Shown here: positions 13,668 to 25,339 of the stretch, in pieces | Position numbering within the stretch: the first letter of the stretch is position 1 | Layout: every line of letters starts with the position of its first letter | Assembly: GCF_004010195.1 (NCBI RefSeq) | Contig: NC_057719.1 | Span: 94,818,299 to 94,882,298, forward strand | Reading direction: 5' to 3' | DNA from: Chiloscyllium plagiosum | Taxonomy: Eukaryota | DNA: 64,000 nt | Made by a program: the position numbers and the translations under genes | The notes under the pieces: generated by a model | Seen by the model: only the letters and a program-made list of their open reading frames with translations | Told to the model about the DNA's origin: nothing | Databases searched by the model: none

Positions 13668-15320
13668 CCTCTGGAGCTTGATGCCATACCTCCAGGCTCA
13701 GCGGTCACAACAGTGCACCACTGGAACCCTACAGTTCTCCATTCTATTCTGTGTCTCAAGACCCATCTACTTGGCAGCAGTAGAAGATCAATAACTGTAA
13801 AGCTCTTAATGAGAAGCAGCTCTAGGCTTCACAACAAGATAAGGTTTATTGCATTACAACTAAGGTACATGTCGCAGTGACTATTTAGACATAATTATAA
13901 AGACAATGAGGAGTCAGAGATAACACATCAGTCTCCATCAGAACTTCATGTTAGACTGTTTCTTCTCCACAGAAAGACTGTGTGACATCATCTCATTAGG
14001 TGGAGTGCAATGCATCTTTAATATTAACTCATTCAGAACCATTACCTTTTATAGATTATGTCTGTTCTTCCAAGGTTCTGGCAAAACCTTCAATACCTGA
14101 AATGGCAGCCTGATTTTTCAGGGTATGTATTTTGATTTTGTGAAGTGGCTTGGGGAGTTTCCATAGAACAGGATTTTATTGTGAGTGCACTGTCTCCAAA
14201 ATGCTTTGTATGCACAGTGTTGTCACATTTTCTCAACACACGCAGTTACTCTGTAGATGAGAATGAACTGTAATGACTTCAGATGACTGAATAATTACAG
14301 TCATTGAAATGCTGGAATGGTTCAGATGGTTAAACATCAAGATTCAATCCAAAGGCCTGAATTATACAAGTTTATCCTCAAATAATATATTAAATTATAT
14401 CATTTTAATATTTATTGGAAATCATAACACTGCCAATGCAATTATTCAAGAAGAAAGGAATTCTATTAAAACAGAAAAGACTCACATTTTATTGCAGTTT
14501 TCAGAACCTCAGAATGTACCAAATCATAACCACATTATTTTCAAGTGTATCATTGTGCTTTTGTAGGGCCTTGTGACCATAACTTTGTTCAGCATGATCC
14601 CACATCAATGTAAAAAGTGATTTAATTCTCAGTTTAAATGGCATTGATTGATGGTATATTAGTAAGCACAACAGGACATCTATCTTTCAGATGTGGCATC
14701 AAAATCAAGATTTCTTAGATGAATATAAAGGATCATAAGGCACTATTTAAAATTATCAAGGAACTTTTGTCTCTTTGTCTTGATCAATATCAATCCCCAA
14801 CTGCCAAGATTAAACCACAGTACCTGATAGGAATTGCATTGCTGTCTGTGAAACTGCACAAATTGGGCCATTAACATAAAAACAAAGCACTGCAGATGCT
14901 GGAGATCTGACATATAGATGGAAAATGCTGGAGAAACTCAACAGATCTGGCAGATCTCTCTATGGAGGGAGAAAGAGTTCATGTTTTGAATTCAATATGA
15001 CTCATCTTTGGAACTGAAGGAGGTTGAAAAAAGTGAAGGGTTTGTGCTTGAGAGAAATATGGGGAGGGATGGCGGAGAGGAGGAAGATAAAGTGGAATAG
15101 ATCATAGAGGTGGCCCAAAGAAAAGGGAATGTGAATGAACACAATCTGAAATCGATGAAGTGTGTTCTTGGTTGACAGCAGAACACAAGTTAGCCAGACT
15201 GAGAGCAAACCCATATAAACAAGACATTTGAGTAGGGATGAGGGGAAGATGGTGAGAGACCAATAATCAAAGTGGAGGCCAGAATTCATGGTCTGAAGTT
15301 GTTGAACTCAATGTTGAATC

Positions 15321-15427
15321 GAAAAGTGTGGTGCTGGAAAAGCACAGCAGCATCTGCTGTCTGACCTGCTGTGCTTTTTCAGTGCCACACCTTTCGACTC
15401 TGATCTCCAGCATCTCACTTTCTCCTA
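15321..15427. mobile_element. Mini fold-back PLE pLTR insertion
   Basis: Inverted repeat flanked by a 17-bp TSD gaa(c/t)tcaatgttgaatc at 15304-15320 and 15428-15444. Confidence 0.75.
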
Positions 15428-15574
15428 GAATTCAATGTTGAATCCAGATGGCTGGAAAGTGCCAGGATGGGAAATAAACTGTACAGCGTTTGACTTGGCT
15501 GCAATACTGTAGCAGGCCTAGTCAGAAATGTTATCATGACAGCAAGATGACTCATTAAAATAGCATGCAGTGGG

Positions 15575-17499
15575 AAGATCAGAGTCGAGAGTGTGGTGCT
15601 GGAAAAGCACAGCAGGTCAGGCAACATCTGAGCAGCGGGAGATCGATTTTTCAGGCAGATGAAGGTGAGGGAGAAGGTGATAGGTTGAAGAGGGAGGAGT
15701 GGATAGATGGGAAAGGTGACGGACAGGTCAAGAGGGTGGGTCGAGTTGGAGGCTTGGGACTGAGATAATGTGGGGGGAGGGGAAATGTGGAAACTGGTGA
15801 AATCCACATTAATCCCGTGTGGTTGCAGGGTCCCAAGGCAGAATATGAGGCGTTCTTCCTCCAGGCATTGGATGGTAACAGTTTTGGTAGTGGGGGTGGC
15901 CCAGGACCTGCATGTCCTTGGTGGAGTGGAAGGGGGAGTTGAAATGTTCAGCCACTGTGTGGTGGGGTTGATTAATGTGGGTGTCTCAGAGGTGTCTCTG
16001 AAACGATCCTCAAGTTGGTGTCCTGTCTCCTGATGTAGAGGAGACCACATCGGGTGCAACAGATACAGTAGATGACATTGTTGGAGGTGCAGGTAAATGT
16101 CTATCAGATGTGGAAGGATCCTTTGGCCTTGGATGGAGGTGAGGGGAGAGGTGTCAGCACTGGTTTTGCACTTCTTGCGGTGGCAGGGGAAGGTGCCGGC
16201 AGGGGTGTATGGGTTGGTGGGGGGGGGGTGGATTTGACAAGGGAGTTGCGGAGGGAATGATCTCTCTGGAACACAGATTGGGTGGAGAGGGAAATATATC
16301 TTTAGTGGTGGGGTCTGGTTGTAGGTGGCGGAAGTGGCCAAGGATGATGCAATTTATATGGAGGATGAGGATGGTGGAGTGGAAGGTGAGGACCGGGGTG
16401 AGGGGGGTTCTGTCCTGGTTGGTTTGGGAGGGGTGGGCTCCAAGTGCGGAGGTGTGGGAAGTGGAGGAGATGCACTGGAAGGCATTGTCGACCACGTGAG
16501 AGGGGAAATTACGGTCTTTGAAGAAGGTAGCCATGTGGGGTTTTCTATGGTTGAATTGGTCATCCTGGGAACAGATGCAACTGAGACAGAGGAATTGGGA
16601 ATAAGGGATGGCATTTTTACAAGAGGTGGGGTGGGAGGAGGTGTAGTCTAGGTAGCTGTGGGAGTTGGTAGGTTTGTAGTAAATGTCTGTGGTTAGTCGG
16701 TCACCGGAGACGGTGGTGGAGAGGCCCAGGAAGGGGAGGGAGGTGCCTCAGATGGTCCAGGTGAATTTGAGGTTGGAATGAAAGGTGTTTGTGGGGTTGA
16801 TGAACTGTTCAACCTCCTCGTGGGAGCACGAGGTGGTGTCGATGCGGCCAACAATGTAACGGAGGAAAAGGTGGGGATTGGTGCCAGTGTAACTGCGGAA
16901 GATGAACTGTTCCACGTACCCGACAAAGAGGCAAGCATAGGTGGGTGCCTATGGCTACCCTTTCATCTGGAGGAAGTGGGAGGATTCGAAGGAGAATGGC
17001 TGAACACTTCAATTCCCCCTCCCATTCCACCAAGGATACTCAGGTTCTGGGCCTCCTGGATCGACAAACCTTACCACCCAATACCTGGAGGATGAATGCC
17101 TCATCTTCCACCTTGGGACCTTGCAAACATGTAGGATTAATGTGGACTTCAGAAGTTTCCTCATTTACCCTCCCCCCACACTATCCTGAGCCTCCAACTT
17201 GGCACTGCCCTCTTGACCAGTCCATCATCCATCCCATCTATCTGCTCCACCCTCCTCTCTGACCTATCATCTTCTCCCCAACCTTCATCTGCCCATCACC
17301 TTCTCAGTTACCTTCCCCCTAGCCCCAACCCCTCCCATTTATCTCTCAGCTCCCTGACCCACAAGCCTCATTCCTGATGAAGGGCTTATGCCTGAAACGT
17401 CAATTATCTTGCTCCTCGGATGCTGCCTGACCTGCTGTGCTTTTCTAGCACCACACTCTCGATTCTGATCTCCAGCATCTGCCGTCCTCACTTTCTCCT
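15575..17499 (-). mobile_element. Penelope-like element (RT C-terminal part plus GIY-YIG) with inverted 3' duplication
   Basis: Minus strand 15575-16970 encodes YACLFVGYV, FLRYI.., LPFLGLS, GTFPCHRKKCKT and HFNSP. 16990-17499 repeats the 3' end on the + strand. Confidence 0.88.
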
Positions 17500-17566
17500 T
17501 ACAGAAAGATCAGGGTCATTCTTGAGAGTAGAGCAAGGTGTTCCACAAAGTGAAACCAAAGTTTGG

Positions 17567-17891
17567 TGGGCGGCACGGTGGCCCAGTGGTTAGCACTGCT
17601 GCCTCACAGCGCCAGAGACCTGGGTTCAATTCCCGCCTCAGGTGACTGACTGTGTGGAGTTTGCACATTCTCCCGGTGTCTGCGTGGGTTTCCTCCGGGT
17701 GCTCCGGTTTCCTCCCACAGTCCAAAGATGTGCAGGTTAGGTGAATTGACCATACTAAATTGCCCATAGTGTTAGGTAAGGGGTAAATGTAGGGGTATGG
17801 GTGGGTTGCGCTTCGGCGGGTCGGTGTGGACTTGTTGGGCCGAAGGGCCTGTTTCCACACAGTAAGTAATCTAATCTAATCTAATCTAATC
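17567..17891 (+). mobile_element. HE1-type tRNA-derived SINE
   Basis: Pol III A box (tggcccagtggtt) and B box (ggttcaattcc), conserved body, 3' end shared with HER1 LINE (gggccgaagggcctgt), and (AATCT)n tail. Confidence 0.92.
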
Positions 17892-19052
17892 TGATCACTC
17901 GGTCTTTGTTTAGTCTTGCCAATGTAGAGGAGACCATATTGTCAACAGTAAATGCAGAAGACTGAATTGGAAGAGGTATTGGCACAGGTGTTATGTCTTG
18001 TGTGATTTGAATAGGAAGTTGCTAAAGGGAGGGAGCTACTGAAGAAGCATTGGGAATGACAGAGGATCAGGATATCAAGGAAGGGAATGGTTCCTCTGAA
18101 ATGCTGACACTGGAGACGAAGAAATTATGTGTTTGATGGAGTCATTATGTTGAAAATGACAGAACTGGAGGATGAAGAGGCTAGTGAAATGAAAAGTGAG
18201 CCTGAGAAAATCCTCCTTGTTGCTTAAGGAGAGGGGGGAAAGTATGAGGGCAATAATGTGGGAGATTGGTCACAGCTAAATATTCTGTCAATCATAGTTT
18301 GAGGATTCCTTTGTTCAGGAAGAAGGAAAAGCTTTGGAAGCAGCCCTGTTGTCGGTGGCACCATTGGAACAGATGTAACAGAGCTGGAAAAACGTGGGAA
18401 ACAGAATCCGGTCCTTACAAGAAGCAAACATTGCTACTCCAAATATAGTGTCTCTAATAGCTTGTCTGCTCCTTTTACCAATTTAGATCTGTATCTCGAT
18501 ATATGCCCTTGACAAACCATCATTTTCAATTACATGGGAATGTTCTGCTGATTTGCCCATATTACATTTGAGTTTTGCTGGAACAAGCTCAAGCAAGATA
18601 GTATTTTTTGAGGATTATTTACTTATTAGGCTGAATTTTGTTCACAGCATGCCTTTCCCAATGTCATCACTAGAATGGTAAACCACTTCCGCTGTCTCTC
18701 TTTTTGCCTTTTCCTATGAGTTTATTGCATAGATTCTAGGGGCCAGCAGGGTGCATGCAAAACATATTCGATTTAATATCTGCAGAAGCATTTTATTGGT
18801 AAAAGCTTTCATCAAGCAGAGAGACTTTGAATCATGGCCACAATATTCTTGCACAACTACATTTTCATTAACATAAGACTTGAGAGCACAAAAATGATTG
18901 GAGAACTGTGAATAATGGAGTGCCTCAGGGGTCAGTGCTAGGCCCATTACTGTTCATTATCTAAATCAATGATTTGGATGAGAATGTACAAGGCATGATT
19001 GGTAAGTTTGCATATGACACTGAAATAGGAAGTATAGTGGACAGTGAGGAAG

Positions 19053-20970
19053 GTCCTCTTGTCAAGAGGAAGAAGAAGGCTTATGTTAGGTGAGATGTGA
19101 TGGCTCAGTTAGGTCATTTGAGAGCTACAAGTTAGCCAGGAAAGACCAAAACAGAGAGCTAAGAAGAGTCATGAGGGGACATGAGAAGTCAGTGGCAGGT
19201 AGAATCAAGGAAAATCCTAAAGCTTTCGAGAGGTATATCAGGAAGAAAAGAATGACTAGAGAAAAGTTAGTGCCAATCAAGGGGAGCAGTGGGAAGGTGT
19301 GTGTGGAGTCTGAGGGGATAAGAGAAGAGCTAAACGGATATTTTTCATCAGTTTTCACACTAGAAAAAGACAATGTTGTCGAGGAGAATACGGAGATGCA
19401 GGCTACTAGGCTAGACAGGATTGAGGTTCACAAGGAGGAGGTATTAGCAATTCTGAAAAGTGTGAAAATATATAAATCCCCTGGGCCGGATGGGATTTAT
19501 CCTAGGATTCTCTAGGAAGCTAGGGAGGAGATAGCTGGGCCATTGGCTTTGATCTTTATCTCATCATTGTCTACAGGAATAGTGCCAGAAGACTGGAAGA
19601 TAGCCAATGTTGTTCCCTTGTTCAAGAAGGGGAGTAGAGACAACCCTGGTAATTATAGACCAGTGAGCCTTACTTCTGTTGTGGGTAAAATGTTGGAAAA
19701 GGTTGTTAGAGCTAGGATTTATAATCATCCAGAAGGGAATAAGTTGATTAGGGATAGTCAACATGGTTTTGCGAAGGGTAGGTCATGCGCCTCACAAACC
19801 TTATTGAGTTCTTTGAGAAGGTGACCAAACAGGTGGATGAGGGTGACGTGATGTATATGGATTTCAGTAAGGCGTTTGATAAAGTTTCCCATGGTAGGCT
19901 ATTGTACAAAATGCGGATGCATGGGATTGAGGGTGACTTAGCGGTTTGGATCCATGGTGGTGGCTGATGGGAAATATTCATCTTGGAATTCAGTTACTAG
20001 TGGTGTACCGCAAGGATCTGTTTTGGGGCCACTGCTGTTTGTCAATTTTGTAAATGACCTGGATGAGGGCAGAGAAGGTTAGTAAATTTATGGGTGACTC
20101 TAAGGTTGATGGAGTTGTGGATAGTGATGTTGTAGGTTACAGCGAGACATAGACAAGTTGCAGAGCTGGGTTGAGAGATGACAAATGGGGTTTATTGTGG
20201 AAAAGTGTGAGGTGATTCACTTTGGAAGGAGCAACAGGAATAAAGAGTACTGGGCTAATGGTAAGCTTCTTGGTAGGGTAGATGAGCAGAGAGATTTCGG
20301 TGTCCATGTACATAGATCCCTGAAAGTTGCCACCCAGGTTGACAAGGTTGTTAAGAAGGCAAACGGTGTGTTAGCTTTTATTAGTAGAGGGATTGAGATT
20401 CAGAGCCACGAGGTTATGCTGCATCTGAACAAAACTCTGGTGCGGTGGTGCCTGGAGTATTGCGTACAGTTCTGGTCACTGCATTACAGGAAGGATGTGG
20501 AAGTATTGGAAAAGGTGCGGAGGAGATTTACCGGGATGTTGCCTGGTATGGAGGGAAGGTCTTACGAGGAAATGTTGAGGGACTTGAGGCTGTTCTCATC
20601 AGAGAGAAGAAGGTTGAGAGGTGATTTAATTGAGACATATAAGATAATCAGAGGATTAGATAGGGTGGAGTGAGAACCTTTTCCCTCAGACGGTGATGGC
20701 TAGCACAAGGGGGCATTGCTTTAAATTGAGGTCTGATACATATAGGACAGATGTCAGAGGTACTTTCTTTATTCAGAGGGGCATGGAATAGCCTGTCTGC
20801 AACAGTAGTAGAATTGCCAACTTTAAGGGCATTTTATTGGTTATTGGATGAACATATGGATGAGAATGGAATAGTGTAGGTTAGATAGGCTTCAGACTTG
20901 TTCCACAGGTCGGCATAATATTGAGGGCCGAAGGGCCTGTACTGCCCTATTATGTTCTATGTTTTATGTT
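19053..20970 (+). mobile_element. Nested CR1/HER1 LINE, 5'-truncated
   Basis: ORFs 19090-19515, 19543-19824 and 20185-20673, with a TTCTATG-like tail at ~20955. Confidence 0.9.
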
Positions 20971-21245
20971 ATTAGAAATTGCAGCAGGACCTTGATCAGC
21001 TTGATCAGTGGGCCATGAAATAGCAAATGGAGTTTAATAGAGATAAGCGTGAAGTCTGTATTTTGGAAATTCAAATCAAGTTCGGAATTTCATGGCGAAT
21101 GGAAGGGCCTTAAGGAGTATAGCGAGACAGAGGGACCTTGGAGTTCAGGTGCATGGTTCTCTGAAAGTGGAGTCACAGGTAGATAGGGCAGTGAAGAAGG
21201 CACTAGCCTTCATCAGTCAAGGCATTGAGTATCAAAGTTGGGAAT

Positions 21246-21917
21246 GATTTGGAGGAGCTGGTGTTGGACTGGGGTGTACAAAGTTAAAAATCACACAACA
21301 CTTGATTATAACCCAACAGGTTAATTTGGAAGCACTAGCTTTCGGAGCGCTGCTCCTTCATCAGGTAGTTGTGGAGTATAGGATAGTAAGACACAGAATT
21401 TATAGCAAAAGTCTATAGTGTGATGTAACTGAAATTATATATTGAAGAAGACCTGGATTTTATGTTAAGTCTCTCATCTTTTAGAATGACCATATTGGTT
21501 TCAGTTCTTTCATATGTAAATCCCAGAACTTCCTTAAGCTTACATTCTCAAGTGAACTTTAACAATAGGTGCCATGTTGGCCCAGATAATGCATTGAATG
21601 TGTGAGGTGCCCTGTGTGAGGCTGTCTGTATCCCAATGTTCAGACTAATTCTATTTCTAAAAAAGGGATTTTTAGAATCTTACATGGATTCACGCAGTTT
21701 TTGGCAAAATAAAATGTAATTCTGCAAGTACAAATTCACCCTACAAGCATACATGTGTGTGTGTGTGCATGTGCAAGTGTGTGTTGTGGGGGTGGAGGTC
21801 TGAGTGTCTGTGAGTGTGTGTGTGTGCATGTGTGCGTGTGTGTGTGTGAGAGAGAGAAAGAGAGAGAGAAAAACAAAGTGTGTAGCACAGTGGGATCACC
21901 TGTAGTGTGACGAACCC
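21246..21917 (-). mobile_element. PLE 3' UTR/pLTR fragment with (TG)n/(GA)n tract
   Basis: Same family as the arms of the 47662-49373 palindrome. Hammerhead motif on the minus strand at ~21333-21366. Confidence 0.75.
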
Positions 21918-22453
21918 AAGTTGGTAAGTTTTCTTGCAGTTATACAGGACGTTGGTGAGGTCAGACTTGGAGTTTTGTGTTCAGTTTTGGTCACCTTGCC
22001 ATAGAAGGATGTTATTAAACTGGAAAGAGTGCAGAAGAAATTTACAAAGATGTTGCCAGGCTCAACATTCTGAGTAATAGGGAAAGGTTGGACAAGCTCT
22101 GACTTCTTTCATTAGCGGAGATTAATGGAGGATCTTATAGAAGTGTATGAGATCATGAGAGGCATGGGGAGGGTAAATGCACTCTGTCTTTTTCCCAGAG
22201 TTGGAGAATTGAGGACGAGAGGGCAAGCGTTTTAGGTTCGAGGGGAAAGAATAAAAAACAATGTGATGGGCAACATTTTTTGGACAGAGGGTGATACACA
22301 TATGGAAATGAGCTGCCAGAGGAAGTGGTTGAGGCTGGTCATTTACAGCATTTAAAAGGCATTTGGATAGCAAAGATTTAGAAGGATATGTGCCAAGTGC
22401 AGAGAAACTGAGTTAAGTGGATGGACATTTTGGTCGGCATGGACCAGTCTGGG

Positions 22454-22625
22454 AGGAGAAAGTGAGGACTGCAGATGCTGGAGATCAGAGCTGAAAATGT
22501 GTTGCTGGAAAAGCGCAGCAGGTCAGGCAGCATCCCTTCTTCAAAGGGCTCATGCCCGAAATGTCGATTCTCCTGCTCCTTGGATGCTGCCTGACCTGCT
22601 GCGCTTTTCCAGCGACACATTTTCA
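22454..22625. mobile_element. Mini fold-back PLE pLTR insertion
   Basis: Inverted arms flanked by a 17-bp TSD gcatgga(c/t)cagtctggg at 22437-22453 and 22626-22642. Confidence 0.85.
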
Positions 22626-22997
22626 GCATGGATCAGTCTGGGCCAAAGGGCCTGTCTCTGTGCTGTAGGACTCCATGACTCTATGACAAAACTAATTTTC
22701 ATTTGTAAATATTTCATATTTTATTGGTCATACCAGTAAAGAGAGCACTTTAAGTACTGTTGTGTCTCATGGTGAGCTCATATTGATTAGCTTACCTAGT
22801 AGTTTTGGACATGTTCTTCATTGTGGAAGAAACAATGTTGCCTTTTTGTGTCCACTTTTTATTGAGTACTCATATTTGTGCCCAGTGTTGCATTTGTGCC
22901 TCTTATGAGTTGACTGAACGTATTGGTTTAACTGGTTTTCATTTTTCTGTATCGTCAAGGGTGTTGTACAAGACAAGTCTCAGACTGGATATTTGAA

Positions 22998-23352
22998 ATC
23001 ATAGAATCCCTACAGAGTGGAAACAGGCCATTTAGTCCATCAAATCCACACTGACTTTCCTCACAGTATCCCACTAAGACCCACACCCACACCCCTACCC
23101 TATTTCTATTAACCCTGCATTTTCCATCTAGCCTGCAAATCCCTGGACACGATGGGTACTTTAGCATGGCCAATCCAGTTAAGTGGCACAATTTTGAATT
23201 GTGGAAAGAAACCGGAGCACCCGGAGGAAACTGAAGCAGACACGGAGAGAACATGCAAACTCAAAACAGACAGTCGCCTGAGAGTGGAATCGAACCCAGG
23301 TGCCTGGTGCTATGAGGTAGCAGTACTAACCACTGAGCCACCACGTTGCCCA
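22998..23352 (-). mobile_element. HE1-type SINE
   Basis: Reverse complement of the SINE at 17567. Confidence 0.85.
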
Positions 23353-23439
23353 TGTTAGAAGTGAACGGAAGCTTCTCACCCTGAGAAGGACCCCATATGA
23401 AGAGCCCTCTCATTTTCTTAGCTCACAAAATCCTGTCTC

Positions 23440-23748
23440 ACAAACAAAGAACAGCCAGGGAATTCCTAGAAGCATGGCACTCATCCACAAACTCCATCAA
23501 CAAACACATCGACCTGGACCCAATATACCGGCCACTGCAGCGGACAGCTGAAACTGACAACCGGAAGCGGCAGGGACAGGCCACTATAAATGCCGGAGGA
23601 AACACCACAGAAGCACTTCACAGGAGGCTCCCAAGCACTGAGGATGTCACCTAGACAGGGGACGAAACGTTTGCAACAAAAATTTCCAGCTCGGCGAACA
23701 GAACCACAACAACGAGCACTCGAGCTACAAATCTTCTCCCAAACTTTG
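23440..23748 (+). mobile_element. Second PLE family (Poseidon-like) GIY-YIG C-terminus and 3' end
   Basis: KQRTAREFLEAWHSSTNSINKHIDLDPIYRPL, followed by a hammerhead motif. Confidence 0.75.
23635..23674 (+). ncRNA. Minimal type I hammerhead ribozyme motif
   Basis: GCA-CUGAGGA-U-GUCACCU/AGGGGAC stem II-GAAA-C-GUU-UGC. Helix I is GCA/UGC and helix III is the palindrome AACGUU. Confidence 0.7.
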
Positions 23749-24146
23749 AAAACAAAATTTCACATTGCACTGAATGAAGTTAGCCCATAGACCATACATC
23801 CTGTCCTTTTAGGCTTCATAAAATTCCCTACACAGTTTCCACCAGTTAGTAGGTTTTCCTATAATCTGTCTAACTTTCAGTCTGTACTTAATAGCCTTTT
23901 TGATCTTTATGTGACCCACTGATTTCTGGTCTGCAATTGCTAAACCTTGCATCAGGATCCTTCTTGTAATTTTGCGATTGTGACCTTGTATCATGAACAG
24001 GCAACAGCCCACATTGTGTTCAAGTTACTGTACATCATTAAAATGTTTTGATCCAGTTTAGTTTAAATGAGCATCCATGTGAATCTTCTACTTCTCATTT
24101 TTTGCATCTGTATAAGTTAGTTATTGCAACTGCAATTATTTTTATT

Positions 24147-24474
24147 TAGAATTCCTACAGTGTGGAAACAGCCCCTTCTGCCCTACAAGTCCACACTAAC
24201 ATTCTGAAGAGTATCCCCCCCAAACCCATTCCCCATCATTCGACATTTACCCCTGACTAATGCACCTAACCTACACATGCCTGAACACTACACACAATTT
24301 AGCACAGCCAATTCACCTAACCTGCACATCTTTGGATGGTGGGAGGCAACCGGAGCACCCGGAGGAGACAGGGAGAATGTGCAAACTCCACACAGTCGCC
24401 CAAGGTGGGAATCGAACCTAGGTCCTTGGCACTGTGAGGCAGCAGTGCTAACTAGTGAGTCACTGTGCCGCCCC
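24147..24474 (-). mobile_element. HE1-type SINE
   Basis: Reverse complement of HE1 head and body. Confidence 0.85.
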
Positions 24475-25339
24475 AAATTATATTATGGGTCCTGTTGCTA
24501 AGAACAATCCCCAATGTTCCTTTCACTTGCGAACAAATCTGAAATGTTCTTTTCAATTTAAAAAGATTTATCATCGTTTGTAAACCAAATTGCGAGATGT
24601 GTACGCTGTAACAATGTACAGGAATAGCAAGGTGTTGATTCAAAGCGGAAACTCTTTTAGAACCTAAACAATGCACATTTATAAAGTATTTTATGGCTTA
24701 TTTTAAATCAGGCTAATTTGTTTCTATGCACATTATGAATGTCTTCATTTCTGCTGAAAGGAACTGTTAAAATGGCTGATGGTTGTGTTAAAAGTTCTCT
24801 GACTAATGAACAATTCCTGTCTCATTAACAAGTATAGGTGGTAACTTGTTCAAAGATATCGAAATAATAAAAGATTGATACAAAGGTTTATGCCCTATTT
24901 AATTCACCATTTTGTTAAAGATACCAACTTAATTAACTTTGAGTAAGTAGAAAATCTCTTGGTTGCAGGCACCACACACTGCAAAATCAAATGTTTTCAA
25001 AAACAAAAATAGAAATAGTTGAGAAAATTCAGCAGGTCTGGAGCATCTGTGGAGCAGGAGAGTGGACTTTTTGGGCTTAAGCCCTTCCTCATTCCTGCTG
25101 TGCTTTTCAAGCGCCACCCTTTTTGACTCTGACTTCTCCAGCATCTGCAGTCCTCACTTTCACTAAGTATCTGTGGAGAGAAAGCAGAGTTAACGTTTTG
25201 GGTCCAATGACGCTTCTTCAGACCAGTTCCAATTCACCTCTCCTATAACTGTACTAGTTTCAATTGAGACAGTTCATACAGAATATGGAGAGGGAATTTT
25301 TTGAAACAATGGGAAGCAGAGTTGCTGAAGCATTCAGCA

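Larger units (their letters stand above)
18915..22690 (+). mobile_element. CR1 LINE interrupted by a second CR1 (~19053-20970), a PLE fragment (21246-21917) and a PLE hairpin (22454-22625)
   Basis: Host RT sequence ([19 protein letters not shown]) resumes collinearly after each insertion. Confidence 0.8.

Noticed and set aside
13785..14048. Possible solo LTR (also ~58025-58140)
   Set aside because: There is a minus-strand AATAAA and LTR-like composition, but no clear TG...CA ends, TSD or second copy, and it cannot be linked to the Copia fossil.
17567..17640. tRNA gene-like A/B boxes (also near 37150, 40342, 50047)
   Set aside because: These are heads of HE1 SINEs followed by SINE body and LINE-derived tail, not stand-alone tRNAs.
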